Assembly: GCA_964479425.1 (NCBI GenBank)
Contig: CAYZMD010000001.1
Span: forward strand, 936 to 64,935
Direction: 5' to 3'
DNA: 64,000 nucleotides
Origin: an uncultured Methanosarcinales archaeon
GTDB taxonomy: Archaea > Nanobdellota > Nanobdellia > Woesearchaeales > CAYSVS01
Position numbers and translations under genes: made by a program. The notes below the pieces were generated by a model. The model saw only the letters and a list, made by a program, of their open reading frames with translations, had not been told where the DNA came from and ran no database searches. This document shows, piece by piece, positions 10,161 to 19,871 of this stretch; within the stretch, counting starts at the first letter, position 1, and the number at the start of each line of letters is the position of its first letter.

Positions 10161-10316
10161 AATAATTCACCTAAATAGTGGATTTTAAGTATAATATATA
10201 AAATTTGCACTTTTACGTTTCTTCACTCTTGCGTGGCACCCTTTTAAAAAGCAAATCGCAAAGTTTAAATATACCTATGTGAATTCAATAACTATAATAT
10301 TTACGAGGGGATAATC

Positions 10317-10577
10317 ATGTCTGATGAAAAAAAATTTTCCAAACAACTAATTGGCAAGACTGTAGTTAGTAAAACTGGAAAGAAATTTGGCGAAGTTGGT
10401 GATATAATTTTTGAAGCTAGATCTGGTGAGTTAATTCACATGGTTCTGACTAATCCAACATCATATACTGAAAAATTAGAATTAGAAAAAGATAAAGCAG
10501 GATTAATCTTAATACCTTTTAGCGCAGTTATTGCTATTGGAGATTATATGGTTATTTCTGAAGAAGATATTCTTTAA
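10317..10577 (+). CDS. PRC-barrel domain protein
   Basis: LIGKTVVSKTGKKFGEVGDIIFEARSGELIHMVL matches the PRC-barrel pattern. 86 aa. Confidence 0.6.
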   Translation: MSDEKKFSKQLIGKTVVSKTGKKFGEVGDIIFEARSGELIHMVLTNPTSYTEKLELEKDKAGLILIPFSAVIAIGDYMVISEEDIL

Positions 10578-10643
10578 ATTATTTTTTTCTCTTACATTTT
10601 TTATTACATAAAATATATAAACTACTCCTATTTCTAAAATAAT

Positions 10644-11600
10644 ATGGTAGAACACAAAATCTGGATTGAGAAGTATAGACCTAAAAACTTCGATGAGATT
10701 AAAGGTCAAAAAGATATTATATCTAGAATTAAGGCGTTTGTTGAGCAAAAAAACATGCCTCATCTCCTGATGTCAGGTCCTGCCGGTGTTGGAAAATCTA
10801 CTACCGCAATTGTTATTGCTAAACAATTATTTGGAGATACTTGGCGTCAAAATTTTTTAGAATTAAACGCTTCTGATGAAAGAGGTATTGACGTAGTTAG
10901 AGTAAAAGTAAAAGATTTTGCTAGAACTAGAGCAATTGGCAATGTCCCCTTTAAGATTATTTTTTTAGATGAGTGTGATGCTTTAACTAAAGATGCCCAA
11001 CAGGCACTAAGAAGAACTATGGAGAATTATACGATTAATTGTAGATTTTTATTAAGTTGTAATTATAGTTCAAAAATAATAGATCCTATTCAAAGTAGAT
11101 GTGCGGTATTTAGGTTCAAGCCTTTGCCTGCAGAAGATTTATTTGAATTAATAGATTACGTAGCTCAACACGAAAATTTAACAATTGATGATGAAGCTAA
11201 AAAAGCGCTTGTTGATGTAAGTGAAGGAGACTGTAGAAGGATTGAAAACGTTATGCAGTCGTGTGCGGCATTAGACACCAATATAACCGCTGAAAATGTA
11301 TATAGTTTATCAAGCGTTGCTAGGCCTAAAGAAGTAAAGGAACTGTTAGAAATAGCTGTTAAAGGGGATTTCCTTGAAGCAAGAAATAAGTTGTTAAAAG
11401 TAATGCTTAACTATGGCTTGAGTGGTCTTGATATTATTAAACAAATTCAAAGAGAAGTTTGGAATTTAGATATAGACGCAAAAAGAAAAACCAAGTTAGT
11501 AGAAGTGTGTGGCGATATTGAATTTAGATTAGTTGAAGGAAGCGATGATTATATTCAGCTAGAAGCATTATTAGCTCAATTTACTTTAGCAAAACAATAG
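10644..11600 (+). CDS. rfcS: Replication factor C small subunit
   Basis: WIEKYRPKNFDEIKGQ, Walker A GPAGVGKST, DEAD-like FLDECDAL, and SRC motif SRCAVFRF. Confidence 0.9.
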   Translation: MVEHKIWIEKYRPKNFDEIKGQKDIISRIKAFVEQKNMPHLLMSGPAGVGKSTTAIVIAKQLFGDTWRQNFLELNASDERGIDVVRVKVKDFARTRAIGNVPFKIIFLDECDALTKDAQQALRRTMENYTINCRFLLSCNYSSKIIDPIQSRCAVFRFKPLPAEDLFELIDYVAQHENLTIDDEAKKALVDVSEGDCRRIENVMQSCAALDTNITAENVYSLSSVARPKEVKELLEIAVKGDFLEARNKLLKVMLNYGLSGLDIIKQIQREVWNLDIDAKRKTKLVEVCGDIEFRLVEGSDDYIQLEALLAQFTLAKQ

Positions 11601-11700
11601 TGGGACTGAACGAAGTGAAACTTTGAACTTGTTCAAAGGCCTAGACTTTGCATAAGACCCACTTAAGTGTCAGTTCAAATTCATTTGAACCTTACAAATC
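11601..11700. other. Relatively GC-rich structured intergenic element (candidate small RNA or terminator/regulatory structure)
   Basis: GTGGG...CCCAC closes a ~60-nt stem. Nested palindromes TTTGAACttgTTCAAA and GTTCAAAttcaTTTGAAC, then ACTGAttatTCAGT. Confidence 0.25.
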
Positions 11701-11796
11701 TGTGATTTTTCTTGACTGATTATTCAGTTGGCCCATTTCACATTAGCACAAAATTAATAAACACTAAAATATATATTTCTAAAAAGAGGTATTAAA

Positions 11797-12600
11797 ATGG
11801 ACTCAAAGAAAATAAAGGCATTATTAGCAAGTACTCAGAAGGTTAATAATCTTAATAAGAATTTGATAAAAGAAATAGAAACAAATAAGAATATAATTTA
11901 TGATTTAAAAAAAACTGAAGTCCAATATAAAAAATGTCAATTAGAATTTGATAAGAAGCAAGTCCATTCTAAATTATTACAAAAACAGGATGATAAGGAT
12001 AAAAATACAAATTCTAATTTAAAAAAGATTGAAAATCAATATAAAAAAGTTCAGCTTGAATTCAAAAAAAAATTAGATCAGATAAAAGAATTACAAAAAC
12101 AAACCGATAAAGACAAAAAAACAATTTCTAGTTTAGAAAAAATAAATTTTCAAAACAAAAAGGCTCAAGTAGATATTAAGAAAAAAACAGATTACATAAA
12201 ATCACTACAAAAAGAAATTGAAAAAAACATCAAAGTAAAAGCAGAATTAATTGAGATAAAAAAGAAATTAACATCGCCCTCAAAAACAATAGATAGACTT
12301 ATCTTAAATAATAATGAAAAAGACAAATTGATTGAAAAACTTCAAGATTTTGTTTTTAGGGCTGACGAAAAGAATAAAGAGTCTGAAAAATTAGTTGATT
12401 CTTTAAATAATGAAACTAATATGCTTAATAACAAAATTAAAGATATGCTTTCTTTACAACATAAATTAAGAAATCAAATAAATGCTATGAAAAATGAACG
12501 TGCTTCTTTTAAAAAACACATTATGCATTTAGAACAGCAGAAAGAAGAATTAGTAAAGGAAAAATTAAGATTTCAGAAAAAAAGAATGTATATTAAATAA
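11797..12600 (+). CDS. Lys-rich coiled-coil protein with ~41-aa tandem repeats
   Basis: Repeats of the pattern KKxEVQYKKxQLEFxKKxxxxKxLQKQxDKDKxTxSxLxKI. Oligo-T tract after the stop. Confidence 0.5.
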   Translation: MDSKKIKALLASTQKVNNLNKNLIKEIETNKNIIYDLKKTEVQYKKCQLEFDKKQVHSKLLQKQDDKDKNTNSNLKKIENQYKKVQLEFKKKLDQIKELQKQTDKDKKTISSLEKINFQNKKAQVDIKKKTDYIKSLQKEIEKNIKVKAELIEIKKKLTSPSKTIDRLILNNNEKDKLIEKLQDFVFRADEKNKESEKLVDSLNNETNMLNNKIKDMLSLQHKLRNQINAMKNERASFKKHIMHLEQQKEELVKEKLRFQKKRMYIK

Positions 12601-12619
12601 AAAAGAAAAAAATGTTTTT

Positions 12620-13573
12620 TTATTCTGTATGTCTTACGGCAATTTTTGTTTGAACTTTGTCTTCGTATGCATACTCTAAGTCTATTTTGATTTGTTTTTC
12701 GCTATCTATCCTTGTAGGAAGGGTTTGGGTACATACTATATTTCTTTTCTCATTACCACTATTTCCATATAGCTCAATGCTTCCTTCTGTTCCTTGTAGT
12801 CCTGTACATATCATCTGACCGCCAACAATATTGCTATCTACTTTTATGGTTACTCTATTTTTATTTTGTAATGTTGGTTCACAAGCAACTCCTCTTTTAT
12901 ACAATGCTCCTTCTCCTACATGTTCAACGTCAAAAGATAAACTTATTTTATCTTTTCCAATAGCGGATTGTTTTACATTTGTAACTTTTACTGGAGCGCC
13001 ACTATTTTGTGTTTCTTTATCATCATTTACTTCACATAATGCAGTTTCTCCTGTTTTTCTAGTACTGCCTAATAAATCTTCTAAAATGCAAATTTGAGCA
13101 ACAGCTTTTGTGGCATAAGGATAACATACTTCCGCTAGAATTGTTGGGTATATTGTCCCTGTAATAGTGTTTGCTTGCAGGTTAACAAATTCTACTCCAT
13201 CTATACTTCCTACAAGAGGATTCCCTTGAGGGTCTAAGCTAGCTCCCCTTAGTTCATTAACATTTTTTTTAACTAAGTCTGTAGCTATAACATTATAGTC
13301 TTGAGGAAAAATTCCTTTGATTCTTACAATTGCTTCATTGCCAGGAATATCTGTTTCTCCAACATTTTCGAGTCTTACATTTATATTAAAAGGATAATTT
13401 ACGTCGTAAACTTCTTCAGGAGGTGCTCCTGTGTTAAATTTAATATCTAATCCTTTGTCTCCTCCAATAAATGCAACACCTGAGCCGCCTGTTGAGGTTT
13501 TATCATCTGTTTGTTGACCATCACAACCAACAATTAATAACATTAATACAATTAATGCAATAATCTTTTTCAT
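12620..13573 (-). CDS. Lipoprotein, paralog 1 of 3 (CARDB-like beta-sandwich surface protein)
   Basis: Signal plus lipobox MKKIIALIVLMLLIVGCDG. Shared motifs with the next two genes (CYPYAT, GAPVKV, IKIDLEYAY). CARDB-like NINVRLENVGETDIPGNEAIVRI. Confidence 0.65.
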   Translation of the reverse strand: MKKIIALIVLMLLIVGCDGQQTDDKTSTGGSGVAFIGGDKGLDIKFNTGAPPEEVYDVNYPFNINVRLENVGETDIPGNEAIVRIKGIFPQDYNVIATDLVKKNVNELRGASLDPQGNPLVGSIDGVEFVNLQANTITGTIYPTILAEVCYPYATKAVAQICILEDLLGSTRKTGETALCEVNDDKETQNSGAPVKVTNVKQSAIGKDKISLSFDVEHVGEGALYKRGVACEPTLQNKNRVTIKVDSNIVGGQMICTGLQGTEGSIELYGNSGNEKRNIVCTQTLPTRIDSEKQIKIDLEYAYEDKVQTKIAVRHTE

Positions 13574-13588
13574 CTTTTCATCACCTTT

Positions 13589-14521
13589 CTAAGTAGGAAC
13601 TTTAATTATTTCAACTTTTTTCGAAATACTTTCCATATATCCATAATCAAGTTTGATTTCTAATGGTGTTTGGTAAGCAAATTTGTTTTCGCTAGGTATT
13701 ACAAATGTACAAAAAATAGTTGCTTTCCCATTAATCAATCTTACTTCATTGCTTGGACTACATTTTTCAGGTCTTTTTCCTGATAGTGTAACATAATATT
13801 TTGCTTTATTTAAATCATCATATTCTAAATCAAAAGGACATTCATGTATTCTTATTACTTTTCCTTTTCCTGCATTATTTACTTCAATTTTAAAATGTGC
13901 TTTATCTCCTATTGTATTTACTCTTACAGCGCTTACAGATACTGGACCTCCTTGCCCACTTCCCATTGGAACATCTCTTGGAACACATGCTTTTTCTTCA
14001 ATACTTATATCGTAAAATTTAGGATCAATACATACAATAGCATTAGATAAAGTTTGATATTCATAACACATTGTTGCAATAAGTGTTGGTTCATAGACAT
14101 CGGTTCCTGTTGGTAAATTGATTGAAGATGAACTAAATTCAATTGTTTCCATTTCTCCCTCTGTATTGTATTTTGTTCTACCTTCTAAAGGACCAAAACT
14201 TTTTTCGGTATCAATACCTCTTATTAAATTTTTATCATGTCCTCCTAAATAAATTTTCCCATTTGTTTTGTAGGCTCCTTTATTATTTATTTCAATAAGC
14301 ATATTAATGTTTGTTGTATCATATAGTCTAGATGGAGGCAAATCTTTCATAAAATCCATCGTTATTCCTTGTGTTCCTATATACACTTTGTCTGTTAGAA
14401 TTCCTCCTCCTGCTGTTTCGGTGCTTGTTTTTCTTAAATTAAATCTATCGCAACCTGTTAATAATAGTAAAGAAATTAATAACAATATAATCCAGACTCT
14501 TTTTTTTTTCATTTTATTCAT
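13589..14521 (-). CDS. Lipoprotein, paralog 2 of 3
   Basis: MNKMKKKRVWIILLLISLLLLTGCD lipobox. Motifs CYEYQT, GGPVSV, IKLDYGY. IEVNNAGKGKVIRI. Confidence 0.65.
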   Translation of the reverse strand: MNKMKKKRVWIILLLISLLLLTGCDRFNLRKTSTETAGGGILTDKVYIGTQGITMDFMKDLPPSRLYDTTNINMLIEINNKGAYKTNGKIYLGGHDKNLIRGIDTEKSFGPLEGRTKYNTEGEMETIEFSSSSINLPTGTDVYEPTLIATMCYEYQTLSNAIVCIDPKFYDISIEEKACVPRDVPMGSGQGGPVSVSAVRVNTIGDKAHFKIEVNNAGKGKVIRIHECPFDLEYDDLNKAKYYVTLSGKRPEKCSPSNEVRLINGKATIFCTFVIPSENKFAYQTPLEIKLDYGYMESISKKVEIIKVPT

Positions 14522-14554
14522 TATAAACCTATATTATAGTATATATAAATTTTT

Positions 14555-15478
14555 CTATTCTTTTACTTTAATACTTCCTTTATGTTCACTTCTATAATTA
14601 TAATTGAGCTTAACTGAAAAAATACTTTTGTAAACTCCTTCACTTCTTTCTATTAATGTTGAACATCTGAATGTACCTCTTTTTTCTTTTAATTTTACTT
14701 CCTTAGGTGTACATTCTAAATCCCTTATTCCTACAACAGCATCACTTATTATTATTTTTTCGTCAGTAACTTTTCCATCTCCGATATTACTTATTTCTAT
14801 GTCGTAATTAGCATATATACCACTACCTTTTGATGTTATATATTCTTTTATCTTTTTTACAGCCACGGGTGCTCCTTGATTATTTAGTGAGATTGTAGTT
14901 GGGTCGCAAGCGTCTTTCACAATTTTCATATGCTCATAGATATTTGGGTTTATGCAGACTTCTGTACTTGCTATTGTAGCATAAGGATAGTCTAATTCAA
15001 TAATATAAGGTTGTGTATATTCTTTGGCTCCATATTGTAGTTTTAAATTAACTATTCTAAATTCAATAATCTCTTGTTCTCCTTCTGGTAGGTATCTACT
15101 TTTTCCTGCAAGCGTAACCAATCTTTCGTCTTTATATGGAGAGAAGTAAAGAGAATTTAGTGCAGATAATATTACTTTTGCATCTGCAACATCTTCTGTC
15201 CCAGAATTTTTTAATTCCATTCCTATTGTGAATTCTTCTCCTTCAAAAATTTCTTTTGGAGGCATTCCTGTAATTTCTTTTATAGTTAGTCCATCATCTC
15301 CTTTTCTATAATCTTCTGTAGGCGGGACTTTTCCTTGTGCTGATAATTTACCAAAATTACCGAGTTTTAAATATTGACATCCACCTAGTAATATGACGAC
15401 AATTAATAAAATAATTATTTTTTTCATGCTTAAAAATCTACGATTTCTTTGATGCTGAAAATTTACAATTTTCATCAT
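14555..15478 (-). CDS. Lipoprotein, paralog 3 of 3 (alternative start 15427)
   Basis: MKKIIILLIVVILLGGCQ lipobox follows a 17-aa N-extension. Motifs DYPYAT, GAPVAV, KLNYNY. ELKNSGTEDVADAKVIL. Confidence 0.6.
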   Translation of the reverse strand: MMKIVNFQHQRNRRFLSMKKIIILLIVVILLGGCQYLKLGNFGKLSAQGKVPPTEDYRKGDDGLTIKEITGMPPKEIFEGEEFTIGMELKNSGTEDVADAKVILSALNSLYFSPYKDERLVTLAGKSRYLPEGEQEIIEFRIVNLKLQYGAKEYTQPYIIELDYPYATIASTEVCINPNIYEHMKIVKDACDPTTISLNNQGAPVAVKKIKEYITSKGSGIYANYDIEISNIGDGKVTDEKIIISDAVVGIRDLECTPKEVKLKEKRGTFRCSTLIERSEGVYKSIFSVKLNYNYRSEHKGSIKVKE

Positions 15479-17373
15479 GATACAAAATCACCTACTCGTA
15501 CATTATATTTTTTTTCAATGGTATATGAATATGTAACTCTTCCTTCAATATCTTTAGGCTCTTTTCTTGCTTTTGTTAGTTCAATTCCTAAATCATCAGT
15601 TTCATCAATTTTAAGTTGACAGGTCGCTATTCTTGTTTTTTTATTTTTTGTTATTTTACTAAAATCACTTTTGTATTCGTTAATAACCCAAGTTCTTTCA
15701 CCTGCATTCCATTCACTACATGTTTCTTCACTTTTTTTAGTAATTCCTGGAATCATATCAATTTCAATTCTTTTAATCTCTTTTATTTTTCCAACTTGGT
15801 TATTTGTTATTGAGTATGAAAAAGACAAATCAATATCTCCCGCAGGATTTCTTATGTTTGATATTATAGGATATGTTGGGGGCTGTCCGATAAAAAAGAC
15901 TAATGACGCAAATTCTTCTGCAGGAGTAAATGGAACATATATACCATTCTGAAAACATTCAGGACAACTTCCAAGGACTAAGGTCTGGATTAATTTATCT
16001 TTATTTTCTTTGTTTAATTTTTCATCTCCAACAAAAACTTTTGTTAATATGGATGTAGTTGTAACATCTTTTACGTAAAATACAAATTCTGCTGTATATT
16101 TTCCTTTCCCGAGTCGCTCAATTGGTCTACAAACAATTTCTGCTTCTAGTGGATAATCAGTGTCTTCAATCTTTGGAATAATAAAACTTGCATAAGAATC
16201 TACACTTCCTTTTATTGTCTTTTTATCTTTTTCACTTGGTTTAAAAAAACAACTCATTTCAACTGGAATTTCTTCTATAGCACTTCCATATTCTAATGCA
16301 ATTTGATATCCGCTAATAGGATCAATGTTTGCAATTGTTTCAGCAAGTGGGTATACTGATGATTTTTTTATTCTAAAAACCAACCCTTTTGCTCTTTTTG
16401 ATGTTGCTACAGTCATTTTTTTCTCTTCTTCTTCAGGAGGATGCATACAATCATAATAGTTTTCTCCATACCACAAACTTCTCCATGTACAATACATTGG
16501 ATTGGCAATAACTTTCTTAGTATCTTCAAGCTGGTCTTCTCGCGCTAACGCAACTTCTTCTGATTGACCAAATGCTGAAATTTGTTCCCCCATACCGCTT
16601 ATTGCAATTACAAATATTACAAAGTAAACAAGCGCTAGGCTTGTAATCGCTTTAGAAAATCCTTTCTCTGTGGTTGTTCTTGTATAATATGCAAATAATA
16701 CCCACCACGGCCAGAAAACAGAAAGAAAAAATGTATTTCCTGCAAGCCCTGCAATTGTTACAATTTCTGTATGTAAAAAAGTTAGAATTGCTGCAAATAT
16801 TGCTGTTGGTCCCAATAAATCAAGTGTATAAAAAATCATTAAAATATTAAGGAACATATAGCTAGTTCTTAATCCTGTACTGCTAACGTCAACAATATAT
16901 GGTAGTACCCAGATGAGTATTCCAAACAATAGAATTTTTTTATATTTTTTATCTTCAGATTCAGAAAGTTTTTGTTTTTGTGATTTTGCTTTACCTACTC
17001 CTTTTTTTAATCCCCATAAGCCCGCTGCTCCAAGGCCACCCAATGCCCATTTTATTCCCTTGCCTATGCCTTTAACTCCTTTTTTTAATGTAGGCGTATA
17101 AACATCAGTATAGTTGCCTACTGTTTCGGCACCTGATTTTACTGCATTTACTCCTGTTGATACTTTATCTTTAGTCCATTTGTGTGTATCTTTTGCCCAT
17201 TGAGGAGTTGCATTTTGAGCAGCTTCTTTTGCTACTTGCCCTACTCCTTTAGTCCACAAAGTTTCTTCTTGTAGATTTACTTTTGCAAGCTTTTCTTTCC
17301 TATCTGCATCTTTTTTTTTAGCTTCTTTATCCCATTGTTCTTGAAGGAAAGTACCTTCTTCTTCTTTAGCCAT
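15475..17373 (-). CDS. Polytopic membrane protein: Lys-rich cytoplasmic N-domain, ~4 TM helices, ~380-aa extracytoplasmic C-domain
   Basis: Hydrophobic segments ILLFGILIWVLPYIV, MFLNILMIFYTLDLLGPTAIFAAILTFL, TFFLSVFWPWWVLFAYY, ITSLALVYFVIFVIAISGM. ATGA-style overlap with the downstream lipoprotein gene. Confidence 0.6.
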   Translation of the reverse strand: MAKEEEGTFLQEQWDKEAKKKDADRKEKLAKVNLQEETLWTKGVGQVAKEAAQNATPQWAKDTHKWTKDKVSTGVNAVKSGAETVGNYTDVYTPTLKKGVKGIGKGIKWALGGLGAAGLWGLKKGVGKAKSQKQKLSESEDKKYKKILLFGILIWVLPYIVDVSSTGLRTSYMFLNILMIFYTLDLLGPTAIFAAILTFLHTEIVTIAGLAGNTFFLSVFWPWWVLFAYYTRTTTEKGFSKAITSLALVYFVIFVIAISGMGEQISAFGQSEEVALAREDQLEDTKKVIANPMYCTWRSLWYGENYYDCMHPPEEEEKKMTVATSKRAKGLVFRIKKSSVYPLAETIANIDPISGYQIALEYGSAIEEIPVEMSCFFKPSEKDKKTIKGSVDSYASFIIPKIEDTDYPLEAEIVCRPIERLGKGKYTAEFVFYVKDVTTTSILTKVFVGDEKLNKENKDKLIQTLVLGSCPECFQNGIYVPFTPAEEFASLVFFIGQPPTYPIISNIRNPAGDIDLSFSYSITNNQVGKIKEIKRIEIDMIPGITKKSEETCSEWNAGERTWVINEYKSDFSKITKNKKTRIATCQLKIDETDDLGIELTKARKEPKDIEGRVTYSYTIEKKYNVRVGDFVS

Positions 17374-17374
17374 C

Positions 17375-18577
17375 TTAGTCTTTTTCGTAATAGTCTATGT
17401 TGAATTCTCCAACATAAAAGTCATTTCTTGGCAAAATTTTAACAATGTTTGTTCCTTGATCAACAAAAATTTTAATCTTATCACTATACCCTACATCTGT
17501 AGTATCCAGAACAGTTTCATGACCATTGATTATTATTCTTGCTTCTTTTTCTTCTATGTCGTCTGCAAATCTCATTGTTAAATTGACATAAGCATTGTTT
17601 CTTTGTAGTTCACTATACTGCGTACTATTCAGATAGAAATCATAGATAAAGTCTCTTGATTCTTTTAAGTCACTTTTTACTTGAACTTGGTCTAGTAAGT
17701 AGCTTCCTTTATCTGCACTAATTTCAAGAATATTTTCTCCTTGAGCAATACAATAAGGTAGAATTTCATGTATACTTAATTGATTACAATCAGGAACTCC
17801 TGCAAAAACTTTACAGTCATTCAGATTAACTCTAAGAACTCCAACATCTCCAGGAGTACAGTCTGGAAAGTATCTTAATTTAATTCTATTCAAATTATCT
17901 TTTTCAAATTCATCTACAATAAATCTTAATTTGCTACTTCGTGCACTAACATCGGTTAAGTCTCCTGTTATTTGTACATTTTCTAGGCTGAACTCATGTG
18001 TTTTCCAAAATGCAGCTCCTACGCTAGATGCGCTAAATTCTATTAAATTTTGGTTTTTTAAGAAGTCCTTGGATATTTTTATAGGCGATATCTGTCCTTC
18101 TGATAATTCTTTATTGAAAATTTCATTACCATTAATTTTGATGTTTAACATACCAGCACTAGATATTATTTCAAAATTTAATAATAAATTTGCACTATTC
18201 TCTATGTCTTTCAATGTAAAACTAAAATTATCTTTCTCGTCGCTAAAAACTGCTCTTTTTACATAAATACTGTTTTTTTCTTTTAGAACAGTTCCTTCTG
18301 TTTTAGTATACAAATAAACCGAGGCGAGATCATGCTCTACTTCTTTTTGTTGTAGATATGTTAGTTTGCCAGGTATTTCAGAAAGTAAATTGGTTTGTAT
18401 ATAATCTTCGCTATCAGTAGACACGCTATTACTTGAACTGGAGCTATCTCCTTCAAGGATTCTTTGTCTATCTTCAGGAGGAATAAACATGATGTAAACA
18501 ACAATAAGAATTGTTATAACAACTACGAGTACCGCAGCACTTCCTCCTCCTTCTTGACCTCTTTTCTTTCTGAACAT
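17375..18577 (-). CDS. N-terminally anchored extracytoplasmic protein (signal-anchor)
   Basis: MFRKKRGQEGGGSAAVLVVVITILIVVYIMFI, then a ~360-aa Ser/Asn-rich soluble domain. The ORF-track start is GTG; the first ATG is at 18577. One nt from the next gene. Confidence 0.55.
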   Translation of the reverse strand: MFRKKRGQEGGGSAAVLVVVITILIVVYIMFIPPEDRQRILEGDSSSSSNSVSTDSEDYIQTNLLSEIPGKLTYLQQKEVEHDLASVYLYTKTEGTVLKEKNSIYVKRAVFSDEKDNFSFTLKDIENSANLLLNFEIISSAGMLNIKINGNEIFNKELSEGQISPIKISKDFLKNQNLIEFSASSVGAAFWKTHEFSLENVQITGDLTDVSARSSKLRFIVDEFEKDNLNRIKLRYFPDCTPGDVGVLRVNLNDCKVFAGVPDCNQLSIHEILPYCIAQGENILEISADKGSYLLDQVQVKSDLKESRDFIYDFYLNSTQYSELQRNNAYVNLTMRFADDIEEKEARIIINGHETVLDTTDVGYSDKIKIFVDQGTNIVKILPRNDFYVGEFNIDYYEKD

Positions 18578-18755
18578 AAATATCACCTTTTTATATTATT
18601 TTATATTATAGAGAACTTTGATTCATTTCTAAAAAATGTAGTTTTCATTTATTTATCATACATCAAAGTTCGCTATATAGGGTTATTAAACCCTCTATAA
18701 TCTTTATTACTTAAAAATAAATAACTTTATATATAAATATATTTCTATTTTGAAC

Positions 18756-19814
18756 ATGAAGAAGCTCATGTCTGATTTTAAGAAGGGTATAGTTAAGATT
18801 AAGGTTGAAAACTTAGATGATTTATGGTATTTAAGCCAAATTGTTGACGAAGGAGACTTGATTAGTGGTAAGACTGAAAGGAAAGTTAAGCTTGGTGGCG
18901 AAGGGGATAGGGCAGGGAAAAACGTAAGAAAAGTTGTATTTCTAGAAATTAAGGCAGAAAAAGTAGAATTTATTGATAATGTATTACGAATAAACGGAAA
19001 AGTTACTATAGGAACAGATGATGTTCCGGCAGCTTCATATCATACTTTTAATATTGATTTAACTCAACACACATTTACTTTAAAGAAAGAAAAATGGTTA
19101 ACTTATCAAAGAACTAAATTAAACGATGCATTAAATAGCGTTGCTTCAAAAATTATAATTCTTGTACTTGATAGAGAAAAGGCAATATTTGCCCAATCTA
19201 CTACTTCAGATTATAAAATTTTAGCAGAATTACAAGGTAGCGTAAATAAAAAGTCTGAAGAGAATCAAGCAAAAGGTTCATTTTATTCTGATGTTGAAAA
19301 AGTATTGAAAGATTACATTTTAAAATATAAACCCAATCATGTTATTTTGGGAAGTCCTGCTTTTTTTAAGGAAGATTTTTTGAAAACAATTAAAAGTAAA
19401 GAATTAAAAAAAATTATAACTTTTGCAACGTGTAGTAGTGTTACATCTAATGCAATTAATGAAATTTTGAAAAGGCCTGAAATAAATCATATATTAAAGC
19501 AAGATATGATAGCAAAAGAAACAAAGCTAGTTGCAAAATTAATGCAAGAAATATCTAAAGATAATCTTGCAGTTTATGGAATTAGAGAAACAAAAAAGGC
19601 TGCTGATTCTGGAGCAATCCAAATTCTTCTTGTTACAGATTCAAAAATAAAAAAATCACGAGAACAAAAAACATTTGCTAAACTTGATTCAGTAATGAGA
19701 CTTGTAGATGATATTAAAGGAGAAGTTCATTTGATTAGCTCAACGCACGAAGCAGGAAAGCAACTAGATGGTCTTGGCGGAATCGCTGGAATTTTACGAT
19801 ATAAATTATTATAA
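18756..19814 (+). CDS. pelA: Pelota/Dom34 mRNA surveillance factor
   Basis: eRF1-like three-domain layout with C-terminal AVYGIRETKKAADSGAIQILLVTDS. No GGQ motif, so not aRF1. The track start is TTG; ATG at 18756. Confidence 0.75.
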   Translation: MKKLMSDFKKGIVKIKVENLDDLWYLSQIVDEGDLISGKTERKVKLGGEGDRAGKNVRKVVFLEIKAEKVEFIDNVLRINGKVTIGTDDVPAASYHTFNIDLTQHTFTLKKEKWLTYQRTKLNDALNSVASKIIILVLDREKAIFAQSTTSDYKILAELQGSVNKKSEENQAKGSFYSDVEKVLKDYILKYKPNHVILGSPAFFKEDFLKTIKSKELKKIITFATCSSVTSNAINEILKRPEINHILKQDMIAKETKLVAKLMQEISKDNLAVYGIRETKKAADSGAIQILLVTDSKIKKSREQKTFAKLDSVMRLVDDIKGEVHLISSTHEAGKQLDGLGGIAGILRYKLL

Positions 19815-19871
19815 TTTTTTTTCAGACAATTATTAATTTAAACCCCTTATTTTTTTAATCATTAATAAAAA

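Noticed and set aside
17375-18577. N-terminus MFRKKRG/QEGGGS-hydrophobic considered as an archaeal type IV pilin (class III signal).
   Set aside because: Six polar residues (QEGGGS) separate the putative cleavage site from the hydrophobic segment. True archaeal prepilins start the hydrophobic stretch immediately at +1/+2. A signal-anchor is more likely.
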